Source of the DNA: a virus | Lineage: Duplodnaviria > Caudoviricetes | DNA: 38,695 nucleotides | Reading direction: 5' to 3' (one strand) | Virus record (IMG/VR): IMGVR_UViG_3300036778_000038 | Span: 1 to 38,695 of that record | Shown here: positions 7,393 to 15,267 of the stretch, piece after piece | How the letters are laid out: each line of letters opens with the position of its first letter | Position numbering within the stretch: the first letter of the stretch is position 1 | Notes under the pieces: generated by a model | What the model was told of the DNA's origin: nothing | Databases searched by the model: none | The model's input: only the letters and a program-made list of their open reading frames with translations | Made by a program: the position numbers and the translations under genes

Positions 7393-7426
7393 ACTTGTCG
7401 TCACCAATCCCTAGCAGGAACAAACC

Positions 7427-8791
7427 ATGAAAGTCAGCATCACGACCGACACACAAATTCGTTCGGCGAAACCCGGGCGTTATGCCCTGGGAAATAACCT
7501 TTTTTTGCTCGTCCGCGATAGCGGCTTGCGTCAGTTCAGCTACCGGGGCGCCGACGGCACGGCCAAAGGAACGCGCCGGCTCGCCAAGCTGGGCGAATAC
7601 CCGACAATGACGCTCGCCGCTGCCCGCGCTATGGCGTTGCGTGAGAAGGCCGCGCGCATGGCTGGCACGACGCTGATTCGACCCAGCAACAAGGGCAAGC
7701 CACGCGGCAAGCAACGCCCGAGCGTGGCGGACCTGGGCGAGCCCATGGCGAACCCGCAAACCGCCACGTTCGGCGACTGGTGCGACTTGTATGTTCACGA
7801 GGTCGTGTCAGCGGGCCTATGGAAAGCGTCGAGCCACAACACGCACGAAAAGCATATCGGCAAGTATTTGCGGGGGTTTGGCTTTTGGGGCGATCCGCTG
7901 CCGTCCATCGAGCCGGCCGACGTGTCGATTTTCCTCAACGCGATCTATAGCGGGCGCCACGTTGCCCAAAACGGACGCCCGGCGCCGTCGGTCGCGAAAC
8001 AGTTGCTTTCGCTGATTTCCTACATTTTCCGGTTCGCGGTCGAGCGCAACGCGAAAGGCGTTACCGATCCGCGCCCGTTCGTGTCCCTGGGCGCCAGCGT
8101 CGGCGGGCGCAAGGGTCAGGCGACAAAGCATTTCCCGAGCCTGAAAGACCTCAACGACCTGGGCGGCGTGCTGCGCGAGTTGCGCGACCGTCCCGCCCTG
8201 GCGTTGCCGTTGCGTAACGCGTGCATCCTTCAGGCATTCACCTTGCACCGCTCGGCGGTCATTGCTGAGATGCGCTGGGCATGGTTTGACCTCGACGCCG
8301 CCGTGCCGACCCTGCGCGTCCCGCGCGAGTTTATGAAAATGAGCGACGCCGAACGCGGCGATTTCCTGATGCCGATTTCGCCGTTTGTTGCCGACTTCGT
8401 GCGCAAGCTGCCGCGCAACCATCCCGAGCGGTTGTTCGTGTCGGCACGCGACAAAACGGTCGCCATGAAATCGACCGCGCTGCCGCAAGTGTATGCAAAG
8501 GGGCTCAAGCTCGGCGGTCAAATGGTCCCGCACGGCTGGCGCTCGGCCTATTCGACCTGGGCGCACAACCTACTCGACGAAAAGGATTCGCCCGTTTTTA
8601 ACCCGGTAGGCGTTGAGTTTGCACTCGATCACGAACCGCGCTCGCAAACACGGCGCGCGTATGACCACGTAATGATTGTGCATCGTGCAAACAAAATGCG
8701 TGCGCCGTTATTGGCATGGCAAGACATTTTGTTTCGCGCCATGAATGGTGAACACATTCCCGCGTTGAGCTTGTCGGATTTGGCGGCATAA
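7427..8791 (+). CDS. int: tyrosine integrase, P4-like with N-terminal arm-binding domain
   Basis: GRYALGNNLFLLV...LGEYPTMTLAAAR arm domain; catalytic R (LHRS), K (MKM), HxxR (PHGWRS), H (LDH), Y (RAYDH). Confidence 0.92.
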   Translation: MKVSITTDTQIRSAKPGRYALGNNLFLLVRDSGLRQFSYRGADGTAKGTRRLAKLGEYPTMTLAAARAMALREKAARMAGTTLIRPSNKGKPRGKQRPSVADLGEPMANPQTATFGDWCDLYVHEVVSAGLWKASSHNTHEKHIGKYLRGFGFWGDPLPSIEPADVSIFLNAIYSGRHVAQNGRPAPSVAKQLLSLISYIFRFAVERNAKGVTDPRPFVSLGASVGGRKGQATKHFPSLKDLNDLGGVLRELRDRPALALPLRNACILQAFTLHRSAVIAEMRWAWFDLDAAVPTLRVPREFMKMSDAERGDFLMPISPFVADFVRKLPRNHPERLFVSARDKTVAMKSTALPQVYAKGLKLGGQMVPHGWRSAYSTWAHNLLDEKDSPVFNPVGVEFALDHEPRSQTRRAYDHVMIVHRANKMRAPLLAWQDILFRAMNGEHIPALSLSDLAA

Positions 8792-8868
8792 AACGCGCAT
8801 GGTTGTTTGTGATGTTGCGCACGCACGCGACATTTCAAACTGACAAAACGTAATTTCGTAATGAGACC

Positions 8869-8906
8869 AAAAACTTCGGCAATCCGATGATTGTCGGGGT
8901 TTTTTT
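8869..8906. terminator. bidirectional intrinsic terminator after int
   Basis: aaaaacttcggcaatc-cgat-gattgtcggggttttttt. Confidence 0.75.
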
Positions 8907-9074
8907 ACCTGAACGTCAGCCTAACGAAAGAAAGTATTTGCGTCGGCAAGCATCAATATCGACCCGGCGCAAACCCCCTTGTTTTAAGCGGTTCTCATTG
9001 CGAACAGACGTCTATACGGCTGGCATCAAAAGGTCGAGTTTCGGTTTTTTGTGAACTTTGACGAGTTTGCCTAG

Positions 9075-9103
9075 TTGATTTCCCGCTCGGGTTTTCGTAG
9101 CGT
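9075..9103 (+). promoter_or_regulatory. predicted promoter for the xis/accessory operon
   Basis: TTGATT(9075-9080)-17 nt-TAGCGT(9098-9103); operator variant TCGGGTTTTCGT in the spacer. Confidence 0.55.
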
Positions 9104-9148
9104 CCTGCGCTCGGGGAGAATCGCAACAACGATAGGGGTCACGGACTG

Positions 9149-9310
9149 ATGAGCGAACACACACGCGGCGGCGCGCTTGCGCCGTCCTGGCTGAGCTTGA
9201 ACCCGCCGCCTTGCCTACCTACTGCCCAACCCATGCGCGCCCCTTGTGGCGCCGCCGGCGCCCGATGTCATCCTGTGCGAACCCGTGCGCCCGGTGACGG
9301 GTTAGCGTAA
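9149..9310 (+). CDS. 53-aa leader ORF coupled to xis (TAATG overlap)
   Basis: Translated by hand (MSEHTRGGALAPSW...DGLA); below the ORF-track cutoff. Confidence 0.35.
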   Translation: MSEHTRGGALAPSWLSLNPPPCLPTAQPMRAPCGAAGARCHPVRTRAPGDGLA

Positions 9311-9567
9311 TGCCGCGCCGGGCGCAACGACGCGAGCCCGGCGAACGTCCCATCTTGACGACGAGCGAAGTAGCTAAACGCTACCGCATGAGCGTGCACA
9401 CGATTCGCCGAGGCGTGCGCCAGGGTCTATTCCCCATGCCGCGCATTCTCGGGCCGCATTCGTGGGTTTGGGATGAGGCCACGCTCGACGAATGGTTTTC
9501 GACTGTCAGCGTCGACGAACTTCGGTTACAAATAGCGGCAAGCCGGGGGGGCCGGTCGTCGCTTTGA
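9310..9567 (+). CDS. AlpA/Xis-family excisionase (recombination directionality factor)
   Basis: ILTTSEVAKRYRMSVHTIRRGVRQGLFPMPRILGPHSWVWDEATLDEW; adjacent to int. Confidence 0.85.
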   Translation: MPRRAQRREPGERPILTTSEVAKRYRMSVHTIRRGVRQGLFPMPRILGPHSWVWDEATLDEWFSTVSVDELRLQIAASRGGRSSL

Positions 9568-9637
9568 ATGTGGACAACGCCCCCTTTTTGCATCCTCCGC
9601 GCCGGCTGGCGCCTCCACGTCGAAAGGGAAATGTGTC

Positions 9638-9847
9638 ATGGCTCAAACCATATTGAACGCCGAAGCGGGCGAGGCGTTGCTCGGCCTGAATAACGACCTC
9701 GCCGCCGCATTGCGTTATCGCGATGGCGAAACCATCGAAAGGGAGCATGTCGAGCGGTGGCTCGATGTCGTCAAGGCCATTCTCGATGGGCGTGTCGTCC
9801 ACGCGCATTCGGGCGGGCGTAAAAAGCGCGGCACGACGGCCGCATGA
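9638..9847 (+). CDS. hypothetical protein
   Basis: AAGGG RBS, 69 aa. Confidence 0.6.
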   Translation: MAQTILNAEAGEALLGLNNDLAAALRYRDGETIEREHVERWLDVVKAILDGRVVHAHSGGRKKRGTTAA

Positions 9848-9848
9848 C

Positions 9849-10298
9849 ATGAACGACGTCGCGCGCTCGCGCTGGTGGATTCTCGACGGCACGACGCCCA
9901 TACCGGCGCCGACGCTCGTCGCGTGGGCCGACTGGTTTGCTTGCCATGCGCGCGACGCCCTCGTCGCACAAACACGGGTCGGGCCGGTGATCGTGACAAC
10001 GCGATTTACCGGCATCGATCATAGTGTCGCCGACGGTCCGCCGAACCTATTCGAGACGCGCCTCGATGGTGAGGCGTTGCCGTTGTTGTTGCCGCCTTGC
10101 GCGACCTGGGCGGATGCAGTGGAAAGGCACGGCGTCGCCGTGCGTGTCATTGAAAGCGAACAGTGCCAGCCAGACGAGGCCATGCGGGGTGCGTGGCCGG
10201 CGCGTGTTATGTCTGCTTTCGTCCGGGCGGTAACGTGCCGCCCGGCTTTTTTTCGACCATCAAAAAAGGAACCGACCCTATGTCAACCCAGCGATTAA
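9849..10298 (+). CDS. hypothetical phage protein, paralog of 15268-15690
   Basis: WILDG..P...WADW...TRFTGIDH..GPPNLFET...TWADAVERH; start ATG 9849. Confidence 0.65.
   Translation: MNDVARSRWWILDGTTPIPAPTLVAWADWFACHARDALVAQTRVGPVIVTTRFTGIDHSVADGPPNLFETRLDGEALPLLLPPCATWADAVERHGVAVRVIESEQCQPDEAMRGAWPARVMSAFVRAVTCRPAFFRPSKKEPTLCQPSD
10223..10253 (+). terminator. intrinsic terminator-like hairpin just before the XRE regulator
   Basis: ccgggcgg-taacgtg-ccgcccgg-cttttttt; lies within the 3' end of the preceding ORF. Confidence 0.55.
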
Positions 10299-11263
10299 AC
10301 AAAGATAGCGCATCGCCGGCTCGCCTTGCTATGGCGTCGCGTTTAACTGAGGCACGCCTCGACCGACACCTAAAACAAGTCGAGCTTGCCAAGCTGGCGA
10401 ACGTGCAAGCGCACGTCATCACAAATATTGAAGCCGGCCATACCGTCAACCCATCGGCCGAGGCATTCATTCGATTGTGTCGTTTTTTGAACCTTCGGCC
10501 TGAGTGGCTACTCGACGGCGAGGGCGAGAAGTTTGTGCCCGGTCCCGTCGACGTTAAAGCGCCCGAGCCCGTCACGATTGAGCGCGTGCCGCTGGTGCTG
10601 GCGAATACGTTGCTCATGGTCGTTGAGGAAATGCATTACGGACAATTCTTTTGTCCCGAAGGCCTCGACGTGGGCCATGTTCGACGCTGGCTTGCCGCTT
10701 TCCTTGAGGTTCCCGAGTTGCGCGCCGTGGGCGATCATTTCAAGCGCGCGACGTTGGAAAGCGACCCGGCGCAGCCCGGCACGCGGCCGACGCTGGTCGT
10801 CAATAACACCGGCCTACTACCCGTGCGAACCCTTGAAAGCGGCGGCGCGTTGCCGAAGCCCGAGGCGCAGCCCGTCATGGGCAAGACGGCGCGCTTAACC
10901 ACGCCGGCCGCCTCACGCGCCAGCGCGCCTATCGATGATTTGCCGCCGATAGTCGTGTCATACGATCCCTTCAAGGGAACCAAGCTCGGGCGCATCAAAA
11001 AGGGAAGCTATACGGATTTGCAGCTACGCAAGCGCACGCCGATGCGCAAAGACGGGAAGCTTAGACAGTTTGACGTGTGCGCGCTGATGGGCATTTCGCC
11101 ATCAAGCTTTTATGTCATGCAACAGAATGACCCCGACTTTCCGCAGCCGTGCGAATTCCAGCCGAACGGGAAGGCCGCCGCCTATGAACGCAAAGATTTC
11201 GAGCGTTTTCTCGCGCTGAAAATCATGCAAAGGCATGAGCATCACGAGGCGCAAGCGTCGTGA
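10280..11263 (+). CDS. two-domain regulator: N-terminal XRE/CI-like HTH plus C-terminal AlpA-like HTH
   Basis: RLTEARLDRHLKQVELAKLANV...ITNIEAG...LNLRPEWLLDGEG; C-terminal LRQFDVCALMGISPSSFY...PDFPQP...AYERKDFERFL; AAGGA RBS before ATG 10280. Confidence 0.75.
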   Translation: MSTQRLNKDSASPARLAMASRLTEARLDRHLKQVELAKLANVQAHVITNIEAGHTVNPSAEAFIRLCRFLNLRPEWLLDGEGEKFVPGPVDVKAPEPVTIERVPLVLANTLLMVVEEMHYGQFFCPEGLDVGHVRRWLAAFLEVPELRAVGDHFKRATLESDPAQPGTRPTLVVNNTGLLPVRTLESGGALPKPEAQPVMGKTARLTTPAASRASAPIDDLPPIVVSYDPFKGTKLGRIKKGSYTDLQLRKRTPMRKDGKLRQFDVCALMGISPSSFYVMQQNDPDFPQPCEFQPNGKAAAYERKDFERFLALKIMQRHEHHEAQAS

Positions 11264-11514
11264 AAAAGAAAATGCGCGATTACAATTCGATTCGTGTCGG
11301 CTGGGAAACCTACCGTCAGACGGTGATGCCGGCCGATGCCGGCGAGGTGCAAGTGATCGAATGTCGTCGTGCGTTCTATGCGGGCGCCGTGCATTTGTTC
11401 GGCGCGGTCGTCGATAATTCCACGTTGCCCGAGGCCGACGCTATGCAACGGCTGATGAATTTTCAGGACGAGTTGGCCGCGTTTCCCAAAGCGATAAGCG
11501 AGGGTAAAGCATGA
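11260..11514 (+). CDS. hypothetical phage protein (RRAFYAGA motif)
   Basis: GTGA overlap with the upstream stop; motif typical of small phage proteins. Confidence 0.7.
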   Translation: MKKKMRDYNSIRVGWETYRQTVMPADAGEVQVIECRRAFYAGAVHLFGAVVDNSTLPEADAMQRLMNFQDELAAFPKAISEGKA

Positions 11515-11816
11515 ATACGCGCACACGCGAACAATCGGTCGAGACGGGATGGGCCATCATTGAACAGGGTCGCAACCTCGCGCGGCTGCATCCGATGCTT
11601 GACCATTTGGAACCCGTCGAAATTTGCGAGCGGGTTTATTGGATGGGCCTTTTAACGGTCGTCGCGGTGATCACGGAATTAAAAGACGACGCCGACCGCC
11701 TCGCCGCCTGGGGTGATGTTATGGAACGCATCGCGCGGCGTGGCTCCGAAATAAATAGCAGCATGCTTGAGGAAATCATGAAACAACGATCACAAGTGGA
11801 CGGGGCGACGCACTGA
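11511..11816 (+). CDS. hypothetical protein
   Basis: ATGA overlap, GAGGG RBS. Confidence 0.65.
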   Translation: MNTRTREQSVETGWAIIEQGRNLARLHPMLDHLEPVEICERVYWMGLLTVVAVITELKDDADRLAAWGDVMERIARRGSEINSSMLEEIMKQRSQVDGATH

Positions 11817-12073
11817 TGAACGGCGGCGTTCTATTGCAACTGGTAACGACGGTCTTTTTGATGATATCGGCGTCGGCTAATTTGTTTATGACGTCGTTCG
11901 CGATTAAGCGCGAACGCAAGGCGCGGGCGTTGCTCGATAGCTTGAAAGCCGTCGGCAAGGTCGAGGCCGACGGCGACGGTTTTAACGTGTACCTCGATCC
12001 GAAACATGTGCCCATCGGGCAATTGTTGTACACGATCAAAATGCCGCCGCCCGAACGGACGATGACGCTATGA
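11816..12073 (+). CDS. membrane protein with N-terminal TM helix
   Basis: VLLQLVTTVFLMISASANLFMTSFAI followed by KRERK. Confidence 0.6.
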   Translation: MNGGVLLQLVTTVFLMISASANLFMTSFAIKRERKARALLDSLKAVGKVEADGDGFNVYLDPKHVPIGQLLYTIKMPPPERTMTL

Positions 12074-12159
12074 ACTGGCCGGATATCCTTAAATTTGGCT
12101 TGCTCGTGCTGATCGGCTTTGTGTTCGGCTACATCGCGGGCCGAGGGTCGCGGCGATGA
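12070..12159 (+). CDS. 29-aa single-pass membrane peptide
   Basis: MNWPDILKFGLLVLIGFVFGYIAGRGSRR; ATGA overlaps on both sides. Confidence 0.65.
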   Translation: MNWPDILKFGLLVLIGFVFGYIAGRGSRR

Positions 12160-12749
12160 AAAGCGGAAAACATACGCGGTGGACGGCTGAGGATGATGCG
12201 CGCATGTTTGCCGAATATCCGCACATGCGAACGCAAACCCTCGCCGATGCGATGGGCCGCTCGCTCGATTCAGTACGAACGCGGGCGGTATTCCTTGACC
12301 TACGCAAGACGCCCGAGGCATTGCACGCGATCAACGCCGCCCGCGACCAAAGCGCCAGCGATGCCGGTCGCTTCGGTACGCGCCCGCCATGGAACAAAGG
12401 CAAGCGCGACGAATACCGCATTTCGCACGGGGCGCCGCTCGGTGCTGAGCGACTACGCGACGGTTACTTATCGCGCAAGATCACGCTTGAGGGGCCGTAT
12501 TCGCGACGCTGGCGCTTTGTCCATGTGATGACCTGGGAAGGGCTTCACGGTCCCGTCCCGCCTGGGCATATGGTCACGTTTAAAGACGGCGACCGCTCGA
12601 ACATCACGCCCGATAACCTCGCGCTGATATCGAACGCCGACAACCTCGCGCGTCATAGCTCGCAAAATTACGGGCCGGAATTATTCAAGCTAATTCAACT
12701 GCGCGGGCAAATCACGCGCCAGCTAAACAAAAGGATGAAACGAGTATGA
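12156..12749 (+). CDS. HNH endonuclease-family protein with N-terminal HTH
   Basis: WTAEDD...YP N-terminus; WRFVHVMTWEGLHGPVPPGHMVTFKDGDRSNITPDNLALISNADNLARHS. Confidence 0.85.
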   Translation: MKSGKHTRWTAEDDARMFAEYPHMRTQTLADAMGRSLDSVRTRAVFLDLRKTPEALHAINAARDQSASDAGRFGTRPPWNKGKRDEYRISHGAPLGAERLRDGYLSRKITLEGPYSRRWRFVHVMTWEGLHGPVPPGHMVTFKDGDRSNITPDNLALISNADNLARHSSQNYGPELFKLIQLRGQITRQLNKRMKRV

Positions 12750-12991
12750 CGACGAAAATTGAGGATTTGCGCGGCGAGCTGTTTAGCATGCTGAAAACGT
12801 TGCGCGATCCGAACGCAAGCATCGACCTCGACCGCTTTCGCGTGGGCAATGAGGTCGCGAAAACGATCATCGATAGCGCCCGCGTCGAGGTCGAGTTTAT
12901 GCGCACGATCAATGCTAAGGGCCACGGGTCCGGGTTCATCCCTGAGGCGCCGCGCATCGGCGGGACGGCCGAGGGTGAAAGCCATGAATGA
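12746..12991 (+). CDS. conserved phage protein typically paired with this HNH family
   Basis: IEDLRGELFSMLKTLRD...VAKTIIDSARVEVEF. Confidence 0.7.
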   Translation: MTTKIEDLRGELFSMLKTLRDPNASIDLDRFRVGNEVAKTIIDSARVEVEFMRTINAKGHGSGFIPEAPRIGGTAEGESHE

Positions 12992-13313
12992 CGACCGCCA
13001 GCCGGAACGCGCACATTTTTCGGGCGAAAGCGGCGACGAGTTTTTCGACAACCTCGCGCGGGCGCTGGCGCGACATTTAAAGTTCGATAATCACGGCACG
13101 TTATCGGATGACGAGCGAACCGCGTTTTTGTGGGGGTTTCGCCACGGCGTTCATCACTTGCTCGGCCTGCTACGCGGCGCCGTTGCCGAAAGCCCGCAAG
13201 TGTTCGACACGGTCATGCGCGTTACGGATGAGGCGTGTACCGAATGGAATTTGACGACGCGCTCCGAATTGCGAACCGCGACCGTTGCGCCAGCGACGGA
13301 CGCGAAACATTGA
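12984..13313 (+). CDS. hypothetical protein, paralog of 13688-13978
   Basis: GAGGG RBS before ATG 12984; ERTAFLWGFRHG motif. Confidence 0.6.
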   Translation: MNDDRQPERAHFSGESGDEFFDNLARALARHLKFDNHGTLSDDERTAFLWGFRHGVHHLLGLLRGAVAESPQVFDTVMRVTDEACTEWNLTTRSELRTATVAPATDAKH

Positions 13314-13322
13314 GGTAACGCG

Positions 13323-13691
13323 ATGCGAAACCTTCACGACCTCGACCGCCATCGCGTCATGCGTGGCGCGTTGATCGAGCAACGGTTCGGCGGGTATACC
13401 GGCGATGGCACATGTGGCGCGTTCTTGCTGCATTCGCCGACCGACGGCGGCTTGCTGCGCATCATCGCGGCCAGTGACGGACACTGGGAACATGTAAGCG
13501 TGTCACGCCGCGACCGCTGCCCGACCTGGGCGGAAATGGAACACGTAAAGCGGCAATTTTTCAATGACGACGAAACCGCCATCGAGCTACACGTTCCGCC
13601 GTCCGAACATATCAACGTGCATGCGCATTGCCTGCACATGTGGCGCCCGTGTGATGGGTCGATTCCCTTGCCGCCGAGCATCTACGTATGA
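13323..13691 (+). CDS. conserved phage protein (WEHVSVS...PTWxEM...INVHxHCLHxW family)
   Basis: Strongly conserved His/Cys motif family; GAGGT RBS. Confidence 0.8.
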   Translation: MRNLHDLDRHRVMRGALIEQRFGGYTGDGTCGAFLLHSPTDGGLLRIIAASDGHWEHVSVSRRDRCPTWAEMEHVKRQFFNDDETAIELHVPPSEHINVHAHCLHMWRPCDGSIPLPPSIYV

Positions 13692-13978
13692 AAATCCATT
13701 ATTCGCTTTCGTTCGATGATATGGCCGCCGCTATGGCCGATAACATGCGCGCACGCGAGTCGAAAGCGAAACTAACGGCCATTGAGCGCGAGGCGTTCAT
13801 CGAGGGCTTTCGGGCGGGTCTAACAACCGGCTGGAAAGTTATCGTCAACATGCCGAACCAAGCGCGCGATGAACGCGAGGCCGTGTTCGACGCGCTCGCC
13901 TCGGCGGTCGCGAGCTGGGATTTGCCTATCGACATGCTTGTTCGTTCGGTAGACAAATCAGCGGCGACGAAACAATGA
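13688..13978 (+). CDS. hypothetical protein, paralog of 12984-13313
   Basis: EREAFIEGFRAG motif; ATGA overlap. Confidence 0.65.
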   Translation: MKIHYSLSFDDMAAAMADNMRARESKAKLTAIEREAFIEGFRAGLTTGWKVIVNMPNQARDEREAVFDALASAVASWDLPIDMLVRSVDKSAATKQ

Positions 13979-14259
13979 CAACCATCGCCGCCGCGATTAA
14001 ATACCTCGACGATGCCGCCGCACACGCTAAGCGCATGGCCGAGTTTTACGCGGCATCGTGGCGCATGGGTTCGGATGATGCGGAAAGCGCGGCGGTCCCA
14101 ATGGCTGAGCATGCGAAACATTTAGCGGCGCTCGCGCAAGCGGTGAAAGACCTCGACGCCGCCGCGCGTGCCGTGTTCACGGCAAAGGGTCGGCATCACA
14201 CGCAAATCGCGACATGCAACCTCGGCGACTTGCTCGGCATCAAGACGGTTCGACCATGA
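13975..14259 (+). CDS. hypothetical protein
   Basis: ATGA overlaps; AKGRHHTQIA motif. Confidence 0.65.
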   Translation: MTTIAAAIKYLDDAAAHAKRMAEFYAASWRMGSDDAESAAVPMAEHAKHLAALAQAVKDLDAAARAVFTAKGRHHTQIATCNLGDLLGIKTVRP

Positions 14260-14450
14260 GCAAACCGACACTCGAAGGACTGGTTGAACGGGTAGCGCGC
14301 TATTTCTGCGCGCTTGATCATCGCGACCCGGACCGTACGGAATTTTTAGAAGACGATGACGGAAAGCTGCGAGATATCGCGTTTTGGGAAAGCTATGCCG
14401 ACGACGCCCGGCGTTTAATTGACGCATGCGGCTTTGAGGATTTGCTATGA
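14256..14450 (+). CDS. hypothetical protein
   Basis: ATG 14256 (MSKPTLEGLVERVAR...WESYADDARRLI), ATGA overlaps. Confidence 0.65.
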   Translation: MSKPTLEGLVERVARYFCALDHRDPDRTEFLEDDDGKLRDIAFWESYADDARRLIDACGFEDLL

Positions 14451-14701
14451 GCGAAAGCGACTGGATTGTTCGTCTACGGCATGAGGTCTTAATGTCGTCG
14501 ATGAAATCGAATTTTACTTTCACTCGTGACGAGGTTATGGAATTACTCGGCGGGGTATTTGCGCAAGGCGATGCGCTGGCGCGTGACGACCTAGCGGTCA
14601 GAATTAGGCTTGTGTTGCCGGTGATTCGCGCACGAACGGGCGTGCCGCTATTCGATGCCGGAACGCATGACGCATGCGAAAAAATCGAGGCGTTGTTATG
14701 A
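14447..14701 (+). CDS. hypothetical protein
   Basis: GAGGA RBS, ATGA overlaps. Confidence 0.6.
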   Translation: MSESDWIVRLRHEVLMSSMKSNFTFTRDEVMELLGGVFAQGDALARDDLAVRIRLVLPVIRARTGVPLFDAGTHDACEKIEALL

Positions 14702-15060
14702 GCGACCCGATTTTTGTTTTCGGCTCCAACCTCGCCGGGCGCCATGGCAAAGGCGCCGCGTTGTTCGCCGTCATGCAACGCGGCGCCGTGCCCGGGCAAG
14801 GTGTCGGGCGCATGGGGAACAGTTATGGCATACCGACGAAAGATGAGGCGCTTAAACCGCTGCCGCTTGAGGTCATCGCCGAATTTGCCTCGCGCTTTGT
14901 CGATTACGCGCGCCAGCATCCCGACGACGTGTTCGAGTTGACGCCTATCGGTTGTGGTTTGGCCGGCTATACGCCCGCGCAAATCGCGCCCATGTTTCGC
15001 GGCACGCCCGACAATGTGCTGATGCCCTGGCCGTTCACTGAGGTCTTACACGATGAATAA
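14698..15060 (+). CDS. macrodomain-like phage protein (A1S_2505-type)
   Basis: IFVFGSNLAGRHGKGAA, SYGIPTK and TPIGCGLAGY match the two Gly-rich ADP-ribose-binding loops of macrodomains. Confidence 0.75.
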   Translation: MSDPIFVFGSNLAGRHGKGAALFAVMQRGAVPGQGVGRMGNSYGIPTKDEALKPLPLEVIAEFASRFVDYARQHPDDVFELTPIGCGLAGYTPAQIAPMFRGTPDNVLMPWPFTEVLHDE

Positions 15061-15265
15061 CCAAACGCGCGCCGTCGGTATTTTGCCCGACCCTTGTGAT
15101 ATGTCACTCAACGCCCTTGGTTTTGAGTGTGGCATACGGCTCGGCGCAATCGACAAGCTATTACACGATAACGGGCTCGGCGTGGAGTCATCCGAAGCAC
15201 GACACCGCACGCGGGCAATCATCCACGAACTACTTTTTCGACTCGGTCGGCATGAGGCGAGCTAA
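15053..15265 (+). CDS. hypothetical protein
   Basis: GAGGT RBS, overlaps the upstream gene. Confidence 0.6.
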   Translation: MNNQTRAVGILPDPCDMSLNALGFECGIRLGAIDKLLHDNGLGVESSEARHRTRAIIHELLFRLGRHEAS

Positions 15266-15267
15266 CT

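Larger units (their letters stand above)
6424..7403. other. control/attP-like region with repeated protein-binding motifs
   Basis: Non-coding, upstream of int. TCGG-N4-CCGA sites at 6424, 6569, 6984, 7111, 7188, 7374; 22-bp direct repeat 6460-6481/7138-7159; TTGTCGTCA at 6582, 7080(rc), 7395. No att core identified. Confidence 0.55.

Noticed and set aside
6424-7403. Repeats as a mini-CRISPR or other regularly spaced RNA array
   Set aside because: Spacing and orientation are irregular; better explained as protein-binding sites
12156-12749. HNH as an intron/intein homing endonuclease or RNA-guided nuclease
   Set aside because: Free-standing, coupled to its neighbours, no interrupted gene and no adjacent non-coding RNA space
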